The notes under the pieces were generated by a model. It worked only from the letters and a program-made list of their open reading frames with translations. It made no database searches and was not told where the DNA came from. From NCBI GenBank assembly GCA_964035575.1, contig OZ037841.1:1488001-1552000 (forward strand): a DNA stretch of 64,000 bases, read 5' to 3'. Origin of the DNA: Rhynchopus sp. YZ270_cl-10. Lineage: Eukaryota. A program made the translations under genes and the position numbers. Every line of letters begins with the position of its first letter. Position 1 is the first letter of the stretch. Shown one piece after another: positions 1 through 9,964 of the stretch.

Positions 1-25
1 CGGAGGGTTTTCGAGACTTTTAGGG

Positions 26-750
26 CAGGGGAGGAGCTTGGGGGTTAAATCGGGTCAGATTGACCCGATTTCCTTCGGCCCCATGGAAAAAAACGGGTCA
101 GGGCAAAAAAAAAAAAAAAAACTATAGATTTTTGAGGGGAAAATCCAAAAAATAGGGTACTCTACTTGTCGCATGAGGGGGTCTGAGAAGGATGAGGAAC
201 TACTATGTGACCCCACCGCGACGAGCACGAAGCTCAATGAAGGCAGAATGCCCTCAAACGCGCGCTCCACCCCGATCAAACCCGAACCCAAGAGGGATGC
301 CGAACTCGACCTAGCCGTTGGTTACTGGCGCGAGCTGACGATCCAGATATTGGATCAACTCGCTGGGTGACACACCAAAAGAGGGGCTCAGACAGTGACA
401 AGTGTTGCCGGGGGTACGGAACGCCCTCCGACGTTTGCTCGAAGGGGACACCTGCCCAGAGAGAGTACCTGAACTGGCGAGGGCCTACACACACATTCCA
501 CACCTCCATTGCGCAACCCTACCTTGATGACATCATCGCCAGTGTCAAGGGCAACATGCATTCCGCGGGGATGGTGCAACACTTGTGTATCATCAACGTG
601 TACTATTTTGTGAAACGCGCCTTCTCATTCTGCATGCGTTTGTCTTCACAATAGCTTTTCCGCCGTAGGCGGAAAAGCTCGGGACCTGACCCGATTTAAC
701 AGAATTTGACCCGATTTTGCCCCAAACCCATATTCCAAGCTCCTGCCCTG
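26..750. mobile_element. Non-autonomous hAT-type TIR element (725 bp) with GC-richer internal cargo
   Basis: TIRs CAGGGGAGGAGCTTGG (26-41) and CCAAGCTCCTGCCCTG (735-750) match 15/16. Exact 8-bp TSD TTTTAGGG at 18-25 and 751-758. Subterminal TGACCCGAT/GGGTCA repeats at both ends. Confidence 0.85.
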
Positions 751-1411
751 TTTTAGGGTTTGAAAAAACAAGAAAAAAGAACGGCCCCAAGAGTAGAACA
801 CGTCAGTTAGGTGACGACATCAGGACGGCTGCAATCTTCAGGTGTTGCAGCGAAGGAGGTGCGTGTCATCTGCTTTCGGTGCCGCAAGACCCGGGGGTCG
901 AAATTTTTCCCGACTTTTGTGGACTGGGTGAGGAAGCGTTCCAACTTTTCAATCTCTCCCCTTCGCGATTTGTATTTCGCTACTTTGTATCAAAAAGTTT
1001 TTGAAGGAAAAATAAAACTGTTTCAAAATGTCATCATCTCAGAATGATCCCCCTCTACATCTTTATCACTGCGGGAAAGGGCTCTCAGCATTTTTCCAGC
1101 GAACCCATACGGTACTTTGCACACTCCCAAACACAATCCCCAACAACAGAATTTATTACACAACCTTTTTCCTCCTGCATCTCCTTGGTATCCACATTAA
1201 CCACCTACCCCGCAACCTTGCAACTTATTAGGAGCATAAAAGCCCGTTTATCCCATTTCTTTTTCACACAAGCAGTCGGAGGGCACTTTTGCAATTTTTC
1301 TTTCGCTACACTACAACTCTCTTTAACTCTCAAAGGGGTTTCCCTTTGGCACAATACGCTTCGTTTGCCTAGCGCAGAGAGACACGCTCAGGCTGTTCTT
1401 TGCATGAGAGG

Positions 1412-2404
1412 ATGGCGCACCTTCGCAAGATGTTTGTCGTCTCAGCGCTGACTGCAGCGGTCTTCACATTCCCTCCGTCCTTCGAGACGTTGGATCCAGC
1501 ATCGCCACCACCACCGCCACCGCCCACACCTCTCACTCCCGACGAACTGCGGGCAGAGGTAACAAAGCACAGAACCACCGTCCTCGCACTGAAGCATGGG
1601 AACTTCTCTGACATGCTTGCCGCCTCAGCCGAGATGCTGCAGTACGTCAACCAAGCAGTGGAGGTAGCGGACACATCTGCACTGACGACTGAGATACCTG
1701 CAGAATGCCCGCCAGAGCCGCCGTTTGCGCGCAAGAAAAACGGCTGCGTGCACTGCTCAAAATACCGCAACTACATCAAAAACTGCAATACCACTGGAAC
1801 GCTCTTTATGGACGTCAGACTACCATCCTTTATTCACGTCATGGACTCCATTGCGAAATGGGCCGAGCTGAAACCGGGGCTCCGCATTCTTGATTGGGGA
1901 GCAGGATGCGGAACAAAACTGAACTACTGGAAGATCATGTACGGTGTGCACGGGGTAGGGCTTGACTATACTACAGAGACTGTACACTATGCGCGGGGCC
2001 ACGCACAGCCTGGGGTGGGGTTCTGTTGGGCAGATGGGAGCACGGTGTTGAAGTTCCTCCCAAGCAATACATACGACCGTGTGGTATCACACTCCTCACT
2101 GTACCATGTGATGCCTGTCGCGCGGCAGTGCAAAGTGCTGCGGCAAGCTGTACGCATCACGAAGCCGGGAGGTATCATCTGGTTCGGACACTTCCGCAGT
2201 GGCCCAGCTCTCAAGTTCTGGCGTAAAGGGGCGGACAAGGCGTGTCCTCTCCCAGTGGAGTGGAACTGTACAGTGCGTACCCTCCGTGACACAACCGTCT
2301 TTGGTGCGAAGGAGTCATGGTACGCATCGATCAAAGCGATATCAATTCTCGTCCACAAAGGCACCAACGCAACGAACGCAACGTCTGAGGGTGCGGATCG
2401 ATAA
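1412..2404 (+). CDS. Class I SAM-dependent methyltransferase with N-terminal hydrophobic anchor and Pro-rich stem
   Basis: Motif I ILDWGAGCG, post-I GVGLDY, WADG, YDRVVS, ITKPGG. First ATG at 1412 in the 334-aa ORF. Confidence 0.8.
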   Translation: MAHLRKMFVVSALTAAVFTFPPSFETLDPASPPPPPPPTPLTPDELRAEVTKHRTTVLALKHGNFSDMLAASAEMLQYVNQAVEVADTSALTTEIPAECPPEPPFARKKNGCVHCSKYRNYIKNCNTTGTLFMDVRLPSFIHVMDSIAKWAELKPGLRILDWGAGCGTKLNYWKIMYGVHGVGLDYTTETVHYARGHAQPGVGFCWADGSTVLKFLPSNTYDRVVSHSSLYHVMPVARQCKVLRQAVRITKPGGIIWFGHFRSGPALKFWRKGADKACPLPVEWNCTVRTLRDTTVFGAKESWYASIKAISILVHKGTNATNATSEGADR

Positions 2405-2685
2405 AAGGGAGGGGAGGTTTTCAGCTTGCAAAAGGGCCGATAATACATGGAGTGTTGGGGGTGTCTGGCGATCACTTCCGCTGCTGTTAGATTGTTTTTA
2501 AGTGTGTGCCTTCCAAGGGTCGCAGATTCTATTTTTAAGGGCTAAATATTTAGAATAACCCACTTCACTTACGATGAGTGGAGGGGACAGCGTTTGTGAT
2601 TATTTAATCATAAAAAAACATCAGCAGACAACCCCCCTCCTCCCCTCCTCTAATTTTTGTTTAGATGTAAACGACTGCATGGTGG

Positions 2686-2752
2686 GGGTGTCCACCCCGG
2701 TACAGCCCGGTTCACTGTCACGAGAGGGCTTTGTATTTTCAAGCCAACTTTT
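2686..2752 (+). repeat. Short dispersed repeat family B (GGTACACTGTCACGAGAGGGCTTTGTATTTCAAGTCAACTTTT); first copy
   Basis: Similar copies at about 28710-28785, 39519-39550, 46610-46660, 49593-49635 and 51129-51182, all on the + strand. Confidence 0.7.
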
Positions 2753-2919
2753 TCCTCCCACTCCACTCCACCCTCTCCCCTCCTCCACTCCCCCTCCGCT
2801 CCAGCAACAACACACATTCCCCCCCTTTTTTTTTCTCATGGCTACATTACGGGTTGTATTTACTTTACAACGTTGAGCCTAATTTTTTCCCTAATTTTTT
2901 CCCCCCTAATTTTTATAAA

Positions 2920-5900
2920 ATGAGCAGCTTCCGCGATGAACTGCTAGAGCTGTTGCAGGATGCGGAGACGCATGCGAAGGAGACCATGGTGGAAGCGCAT
3001 CCTTACCACGAATACGACTCTGCGGTTGCTATGAAGGTGGAGATTAAATGGGCACCATTTCGCCGTTTTCTTGAAGGCTACGCACGCCCTGCAGAAACCG
3101 ACGAATCAGGCAAACCTGCACGCATTCCGATACCACGTCTTTATTCTGCGCAATTCAAGGAATATCTACTTCTTGTCACCTTAGTGCGTCGAAGCGAAGG
3201 GATCTGCGTTGCCGCTTACGTAGAACACACTGCAGTAGGAAAAGGCAATTGGACTGCCGCAACGTCCTTTCGTTTTGAAGTTCTCGGCCAAGCCGTGCCC
3301 GCGGTGTTTACCGGACGGTATCAATTTGGAACGAATTCGCAGTCCGATCGAGGGTGTCCGCACATCATAAAGGCGGACGATCTACTACTCTTACATCCTT
3401 CCGAACCAGATGTGTCGATCCCCGCGAAGGATGCTGCCTCTTTGCGGGGGGGTGAATATTTTAATATAGTTGTCACTGTAAGGAATGGGAGCAGGGCACA
3501 TAGGGTGTCTCGCGGTGCAAAGCTTAAGGAGGAGAAAAACGACAATGAAGCGAAGAAAGAAACAAAAGAGGAATCGCGAGCAAACGAAAAATTCTGTGCC
3601 GAAACCGGGTTGGTGCCTATTGAAACCTCTGATGCAGAACCGACTACTCGACCAAATGCGCCGTTTACGGGATTAACAAATCAAGGCGCGACATGCTATT
3701 TGAATTCTTTGTTGCAAACGTTGTTTCATTTGAAAGAATTTCGGAGGGCGTGCTATCGGTTGATCGACAAACAAACAGACCCTTCTGTAGCAGGCGTTAG
3801 TGTCCAACCGTCCAGCAGTAGCCTTGCCTCGGCTTCTTCTGCTTCCTCTTCAACATCCGTCTCTACCACGTCGTCGTCCCCACTGCACACCCCACTCAAA
3901 TTCTTCAACGACATCTTCGGTGAAATAAACCAATGTGACAAAACAGATGTCGCCCTGCAGCTCGCGCTCCTATTCGTCTCCCTTCAGCAAACCGACTCAA
4001 CAACTCCAGTTAAAACCACTGCCCTCACTGACGCATTTGGATGGGAAAAAACCACAGTATTCGAACAACATGATGTCCAAGAATTGGCACGCATATTACT
4101 AGAGAACCTCGAACGTAAAATGAAAGGCACTGCAGACAGCGATCTCATACAACGACTTCTGATGGGCAAAATGCGCAAAGTTGTCACCTTTTTAGGACAA
4201 GAAAAATCTACTATCGAGCCGTACTACGATCTGCAGATTCGTGTAAAAGGTTTTACCTCTTTAAAAGAGTCGATTCGGGCGGAGCTTCAGACGGAATATT
4301 TAAATGGAGAAAATAAATATCATGTGGTGGATGAGGATACCGGGATTGACAAAGGGTTGGTTGATGCTGAAATTGCGGCAGAGTTTGTGAGTTTCCCTTC
4401 TGTGTTGATGGTGCATTTACGGAGATTCGAATATTGTGTCAACAAAAACGAATTTGTCAAAGTCAACGACCGCTTTCAATTCCACGAAGAGCTTGACTTA
4501 AACGACACGATCTGCACCATCTCGAAGGACGCAAACCCAGACGAAGACAATTCGTACCTCCTCCACAGCGTTCTCGTCCACAGCGGGGGTACTGGAGGTG
4601 GGCACTACTACGCGTTTATCGCTGCAGGCGACGGACGTTCTTGGTATAAATTTAATGACTCTCATGTGTATCCTTCTCATGCTACTGAGGTCGTTGAAGA
4701 CAATTGGGGAGGTGCGGCATCGAAAGAGCGTTTTTGGCTTGATTTTAGTCATGTGCAAAGCAATGCATACATGCTGGTGTATGTTAAACGGCATTTATGG
4801 GCGCAAATCTGTGGAGGAAGCTGCGAGCCCCCCGCCACCCTCCGGAGACACCTCTCTTCAGCAAAGCTCTGCTTCCTCTCAATCTTCCTCGAAAAGCACA
4901 TTGCAGCGCATGTCAACGCAGGTGGGGTTGACCTCCTCCCCCCTGTCTCCCAAGGCATTGCATTGACCGTGAGTTCTACCTGCACCTGGGGAGAGCTGAT
5001 CAGCCGAATCGCAGACGCGACTGGAGTCCCCAAATCTGGTCTCAAATTATGGATCACAACACAATGGTACCGTGAACGGCAGCGTGGTCTAGGCAGGCCG
5101 TCGCTTTGTGTGTCGGATTTTGGGATGTATGTTGGGCAGGATTTGGTGACGGTGGTCCCTTCTGCCCATATTCCACACCTTCCTGTCTCCTCTCCTGCCA
5201 ACCCGGTTCCATTCTATGTGGACCACCATGTACGGAAGACACCGCAAACTCGGATAACGTTTTTGAAGAAATTCCGGTATTCAGAGGGGAACGGGAGGTT
5301 GACGTATCTGGGTGCGGTGGGGTGTCCGAATAAGGGCCCGGTGAAGGCGTTTGTGAAGGACATTGGTGTGCAGTTTGGGCTGAACTTTAAGCATCCAAAG
5401 GTGTGGGTCGAGAGGGGGCCTGAGAGGGTGGCACCATGTTGTCCTCCTGATGTAGCTTTGGTGGCGGATCAGAGGTTGGAATGCGATTCAAGAGATGGGT
5501 CTGTTCTGATCCTCGCGGACGACGAGCCGCAAGCTCTTTCCTCCAAGAAGATTAAACAGCAGTTGGGGAGTTTGCAGAGCACGCCTGATGAGAAATCGCT
5601 TCTTCTTGCCGACCAGGTTCTTGGAGCGATAGGTTTGGATCGTTACAACATCGTCGACAACATAGATTGCCTCGAGCAGAGGGAGAATTCTTCGGGTAAT
5701 CTCAACCGTGCTGCGCATACCTTACTGCATCCGAGCGTGCAGTTTAATTGCAGGCAAAATGTTTCGGTGGAGAGGACCTATGAATTGCTTGTCACTGCAT
5801 ACCCATTGCTGCTTTGTGAGGCAGGGGAGGATGGGAGAATAAAAAAGAATTCGCGGAAAATGAGGATCAAAGCGCAGACGAATTGGTCGCGTCTTGACAC

Positions 5901-7065
5901 TGCGAGGGCGGTTGCACCACGGCTGGCGACTTCGGTGCATCAACTCAGGTTTTGGTCGCTCAAAAACGGCAGAAAACATACTCTATGGAATGCCAATATG
6001 TCCGGAGATTCTCACACCCTCGGAGATCTTCTGAATATCCCCACCGGAGCGTGGTATGCACACTCTGCTCGGGGAGAAGCCCTTCCCGAGAAGGAACTTC
6101 TCTGGGAGGTGATAGCGGACAAAGGCGGCAGCAGGCCTAATGGGCACATCGCGGAGGCTTTGTTGACACACTTTGATGCACACAACCGCGCTGCAGAGCA
6201 CATCGTTGTCCCAGTCCCCGCAAGCCAAACGGTCAGCGACCTATTAGAAAGCTACCGACAGCTGAAAGGGTTGGATGAAGGGTTAGAGCTATGGCTTCTT
6301 GTGGTAAATGGGGCGAGGTTGGAGAGGGTGTTTTCGCAGACTGCGGCAAGCGCTGTGACGGACGACATGCTTAGAGCAGAGCTTCGTGTGGTCAGCGATG
6401 ATGGGGCAGCAGCATTGGCAGCGGCGGCAGTGCAGAACGCATCTTCTCTTGCTTCGGTGGGTTCATCGGTTTCGCTTCCTGCACCTAACGGGGTAGAGAA
6501 GCCAGAAAAGCCGGCTCCCCCAGCTACTCTTAAGGTCGGTGTAATGCACGCTTCGCATCTCGGTGTTGAAAGTGTGCGTACCAACGGTACTCTCCTCTCC
6601 CCCAGCGAAAGAGAGGCCCAAAAAGGTGTCAGCATGCTCGGCACCCCGCACCTCCTCTCCGTGTCGGAAGCGGACACGCCGGAGTCGATAGTAGAGAGGG
6701 CCTCGCAGTTGTATGGGTTTCCTGCGCAGCAGCACTGCGCTGCGTGTAGGGTGTGTGCGGTGCAGGGGTCTGGGGGGACGTCGAGCATAGGAAATCTTGA
6801 TATCCTAAAAAGCGATGTTCCTGTGTACGAACGCCTGCTTCGGGGCTGTATGGGTGGTGGCGGTGGGGGTGGTGGTGGTAGCGGTGCAGGTGGTGCGGGT
6901 GGGGGTGGCAGTACACGGCGTGTCCTCAGTGCGTCGCTGACCTCTCCGGGTTCTGTGTTCTCGCCAGCCGCAGGGGCAAGTGCGTCACCACCGATTCTCC
7001 CCCGCATTGTCATAGTCCACAACTACCAGCAAACGAACACCTCGTCAGTCAAAATACATAATTGA
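2920..7065 (+). CDS. USP7: Ubiquitin carboxyl-terminal hydrolase, USP7/Ubp15-like (MATH-like N-terminus, C19 catalytic domain, probable Ubl array)
   Basis: Cys box GLTNQGATCYLNS, QHDVQE, His box HSGGTGGGHYY, WYKFND, NAYMLVY. MATH-like DRGCP (D-x-G) segment upstream. Probable ATG at 2920 after a pyrimidine-rich leader. Confidence 0.85.
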   Translation: MSSFRDELLELLQDAETHAKETMVEAHPYHEYDSAVAMKVEIKWAPFRRFLEGYARPAETDESGKPARIPIPRLYSAQFKEYLLLVTLVRRSEGICVAAYVEHTAVGKGNWTAATSFRFEVLGQAVPAVFTGRYQFGTNSQSDRGCPHIIKADDLLLLHPSEPDVSIPAKDAASLRGGEYFNIVVTVRNGSRAHRVSRGAKLKEEKNDNEAKKETKEESRANEKFCAETGLVPIETSDAEPTTRPNAPFTGLTNQGATCYLNSLLQTLFHLKEFRRACYRLIDKQTDPSVAGVSVQPSSSSLASASSASSSTSVSTTSSSPLHTPLKFFNDIFGEINQCDKTDVALQLALLFVSLQQTDSTTPVKTTALTDAFGWEKTTVFEQHDVQELARILLENLERKMKGTADSDLIQRLLMGKMRKVVTFLGQEKSTIEPYYDLQIRVKGFTSLKESIRAELQTEYLNGENKYHVVDEDTGIDKGLVDAEIAAEFVSFPSVLMVHLRRFEYCVNKNEFVKVNDRFQFHEELDLNDTICTISKDANPDEDNSYLLHSVLVHSGGTGGGHYYAFIAAGDGRSWYKFNDSHVYPSHATEVVEDNWGGAASKERFWLDFSHVQSNAYMLVYVKRHLWAQICGGSCEPPATLRRHLSSAKLCFLSIFLEKHIAAHVNAGGVDLLPPVSQGIALTVSSTCTWGELISRIADATGVPKSGLKLWITTQWYRERQRGLGRPSLCVSDFGMYVGQDLVTVVPSAHIPHLPVSSPANPVPFYVDHHVRKTPQTRITFLKKFRYSEGNGRLTYLGAVGCPNKGPVKAFVKDIGVQFGLNFKHPKVWVERGPERVAPCCPPDVALVADQRLECDSRDGSVLILADDEPQALSSKKIKQQLGSLQSTPDEKSLLLADQVLGAIGLDRYNIVDNIDCLEQRENSSGNLNRAAHTLLHPSVQFNCRQNVSVERTYELLVTAYPLLLCEAGEDGRIKKNSRKMRIKAQTNWSRLDTARAVAPRLATSVHQLRFWSLKNGRKHTLWNANMSGDSHTLGDLLNIPTGAWYAHSARGEALPEKELLWEVIADKGGSRPNGHIAEALLTHFDAHNRAAEHIVVPVPASQTVSDLLESYRQLKGLDEGLELWLLVVNGARLERVFSQTAASAVTDDMLRAELRVVSDDGAAALAAAAVQNASSLASVGSSVSLPAPNGVEKPEKPAPPATLKVGVMHASHLGVESVRTNGTLLSPSEREAQKGVSMLGTPHLLSVSEADTPESIVERASQLYGFPAQQHCAACRVCAVQGSGGTSSIGNLDILKSDVPVYERLLRGCMGGGGGGGGGSGAGGAGGGGSTRRVLSASLTSPGSVFSPAAGASASPPILPRIVIVHNYQQTNTSSVKIHN

Positions 7066-7465
7066 GAGAATAAAAGGGGGTGGGGGAGGGCTTTTTCTGG
7101 ATCTGATAAACTTTTCTCTTCCGTGAGAAAGCATTTTTTTCAGCGTATTTTTTGGATCTGCGGGGAGGAGTGCACCCTATGTAGAGGTGTGTGTGTCAGG
7201 CTATGCAGCAGTCGCTGTGTTTTGGACAAAAAAAGATGGGGTGCGGAAAGGTGGGTGGCGGTTTCTTGTGTTTGAACATGGCGTTTGATGCAACAAGTAT
7301 TGTGAGAATGAACCGTAAAAAATGGGGTGAAACCGTTGCTGACTGTGGGAGGGATGTGAGTGGAGGGGGCTCTTTCTAACTGGCTTGGATGGGGGTGACG
7401 TCGGGGAGTGGTGTGGGGCAGTGCTCTCAAGATCCTCCACGTAGGGGAGGATATTTCCTCCAGGG

Positions 7466-8351
7466 CAGGGTTGTTCCTTGTTCTCGGGAAAAACAGCAAA
7501 ATTCTGGATTTATGTTCCCGTTTTTTTCCTTTTTTTGGGTGGGGTTTTTTGCCCTTTTTCGGGCTTTCCGAGCTCTACCCTCACTGTAGTGGGGTCATTT
7601 CGAGAAAATGGACAAGTTCTTGATTGATACAAATTTTGGTTACGACCACTAGTGAGTTGCTCACAATGCTAAATGAGTGTCAGAACTGTGATTCTGGGCC
7701 CACTTTAACCGCCCTTCGAAATTCAAAAAGGGGTCCCAAACCCGGGCGCGCTACACTCGCGCGGAACTTTTTGCAGCTTTGGTCTAGTTGCATTTTTGGC
7801 TGCAAAATGCAAGGGGACCCCCAAAGACGTTGGGAATATTATTTGGATGGGGCAGTGATTTTGTACCTGTATACACGCTCCCTCGCGGTAACCGCGTGCA
7901 TGCCAATGAAGTGCTCTCTGGGGTTCGATAACCCGTGGAACCAGTGCTTCCGCCGATGAACGGTGAGGCGTTGCACTTCTCTTTTTGCGGAGCAAAAAAT
8001 AATATAAATGGCGCCGCAGGCAAAAAATTTTGAGTACAGTGTAAAAATCTAGCTTCCAACGAACCCTTTTTTGTAGAGCAAAAAATGAAAAATGGCGCCG
8101 CAGGCAAAAAAAAATTGGGGGTACAGCCCTGACGGTGCAGGATTTTGTTGTCAATTTTTTTTTTCTTGCCCCCTGAAAACTCTTGCTTTTGAGAGTTTCG
8201 ACCATTTCACCACACTGGTGGTGTGTCACCTACAGTGAAACCCACTAGAAACCACAAGAAAGCCCCCCAAGGAAAAAAAGGAAAAAAAAAAAGGAAAAAA
8301 AAACTAAAATCCAGAATTTCATGTTCTCGGTCCCACTTAGGAACTTCCCTG
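7466..8351. mobile_element. Inner hAT-type element nested in the 7419-9074 element
   Basis: TIRs CAGGGTTGTTCC and GGAACTTCCCTG match 10/12. Exact 8-bp TSD CTCCAGGG at 7458-7465 and 8352-8359. Confidence 0.85.
7878..7985 (+). repeat. SINE-like dispersed repeat family C with B-box-like GGTTCGATAACCC and T-rich end
   Basis: Related copies at about 37556-37650, 50428-50478 (3' part) and 62165-62280, all on the + strand. Confidence 0.7.
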
Positions 8352-9152
8352 CTCCAGGGGCTTTTTTTTTTTTTTTTCAGGCTTTTTTGGTGGAGGATTT
8401 CCTCCATTTTTTTTTTTTTTTTGGCGGGCTCGGGTGGAGGATTATCCTCCTAGGGGTTTTATAGTGGGGGTCACTTTGTCTCCCCCGAGGGAGCCAATAT
8501 TTTCCCGAGCTTGTATGCACCGTCCAGGGCTGCACCTTAAAAAAAAATTTGCCTGCGGCGCCATTTTCATTTTTTGCTACTCAAAAAAAGGGTTCGCTGA
8601 GTGATTATGTGGTGTAAAAGGAAGCATTTTTACACCGTACCCTAATTTTTTTTCGCCTGCGGCGCCATTTATATTATTTTTTTTGCTCCGCAAAAAAATA
8701 GAGTTGGCAATGTCTTTGGATACCCTTGCATTTTGCAGCCAAAAAATACAACTTGGCCAAAGCTGCAAAAATTTTGCCATTTTTAAAAAAATGGCCCGCC
8801 GTTGCATCAGCCCCTGCTTCTGGAAGACGTATTGGTTTTGTACGGTTCGTAGAGCGTATGGTGCAAGAGAAAGGATTAGATTTCCGTTTTTTTTTATTAT
8901 TTCGCAAAATTGACTCGCCTCTCCGCTCTCCCCTGTCAGGGAGGCGCGCGCGAAGCGCGCGACGACCGCTTGTTGCGGGGGAAAATTTTTTTTTTTGGGG
9001 TTTTTTTTTTGCAAAAATGAAGCCTCCTCATTTCGAAAATTCTGCTTTTTTCGTGGAGGATCTTGAGAGCCCTGGTGTGGGGGGGTTTTTTTTCCTAATC
9101 TTTGTTTGTGAGGTGGCTAACGTACTTGCTGTGCTGCAAAAATATAAAAAAA

Positions 9153-9200
9153 ATATAGTGGAACACACTCTAGGGGTGCTACCAAGTTTTCTAAAAAAAA
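9153..9200 (+). repeat. Short two-copy dispersed repeat (AATAGTGGARCACACTCTAGGG...ACCAAGTTTTC)
   Basis: Second copy at about 55043-55095. Confidence 0.55.
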
Positions 9201-9964
9201 AACACAACATTTGAGACTTTGCGCAGGCTTGGGATCATCTTACAAAAATTTTCTAACAAAGGGGAACAAAAGTAACTTGTGTATTAAGGGGAAAGGGGAT
9301 GGTTTTTTTCTTTTTTCTCGCGATTTTCTCGACAACATTTTTTTTGTTTTTTGTTTTTTTGAAAGTGTCTGCATCAACAATGTTTGACACAAAAATCAGA
9401 GCCATCTCGGCACAACATAAAATACAATCCCGATTGGGATCTTTCCCTTTACATGATAGGTGTGCACAGTAAGGGCACATGCACCTTTGAAGTTGTCTTT
9501 TTTTGTCACAACGAACCCGGTCTTTGGGTACAAACAAAGCCCTAAGATGACTCCTTTATTTTTTTTCCTAAGAGGACTAAGTACGCGAGGCTTCGGTTCA
9601 TCTTATGCTTTTATCTTCAAGGATGTGTGTGACGAGAAAGGTATATTCATGTTCGACATTTTCTTCTCTTTGTATCCTTGGGTTTTTCCTTTGATTTTCC
9701 AAACCCTGATAAGCTCAGCGTGAGGTCTAAACCCACCTCATTCATAGCTGTGCTTGCTGTCTTTGCGAAAAAAATGCGCGTATGAAATTGTGTTTTGCAA
9801 CAACTAAAACTGATGCAGTGTGCACTCGAAAACTATCAGGGGGGGTCTCAACATGTCGAAATTTCCGCATCGACAAAAAAAAAAAAATCGGCTTAATTTC
9901 GAGTTTTTTTTGTCGAAGGTTGAGACCCCTGACAATCGCCAAAAAAAAATAAATATGTTACCTA

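Larger units (their letters stand above)
7419..9074. mobile_element. Outer non-autonomous hAT-type element
   Basis: TIRs CAGTGCTCTCAAGATCCTCCACG (7419-7441) and CGTGGAGGATCTTGAGAGCCCTG (9052-9074) match 22/23. Exact 8-bp TSD GTGTGGGG at 7411-7418 and 9075-9082. Confidence 0.9.

Noticed and set aside
18..25. TTTTAGGG as telomeric sequence
   Set aside because: Single units that form a TSD; no tandem array.
2731..2919. Upstream TTG/GTG extensions of ORFs (also 26853, 41117, 51474)
   Set aside because: Pyrimidine-rich leaders or repeat sequence; downstream ATGs fit the domain starts better.
7900..7945. tRNA gene suggested by GGTTCGA
   Set aside because: No cloverleaf could be built; treated as part of repeat family C.
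9837..9931. Small inverted repeat CAGGGG..GTCTCAAC / GTTGAGACCCCTG
   Set aside because: Probably a tiny MITE, but no matching TSD, so not called.
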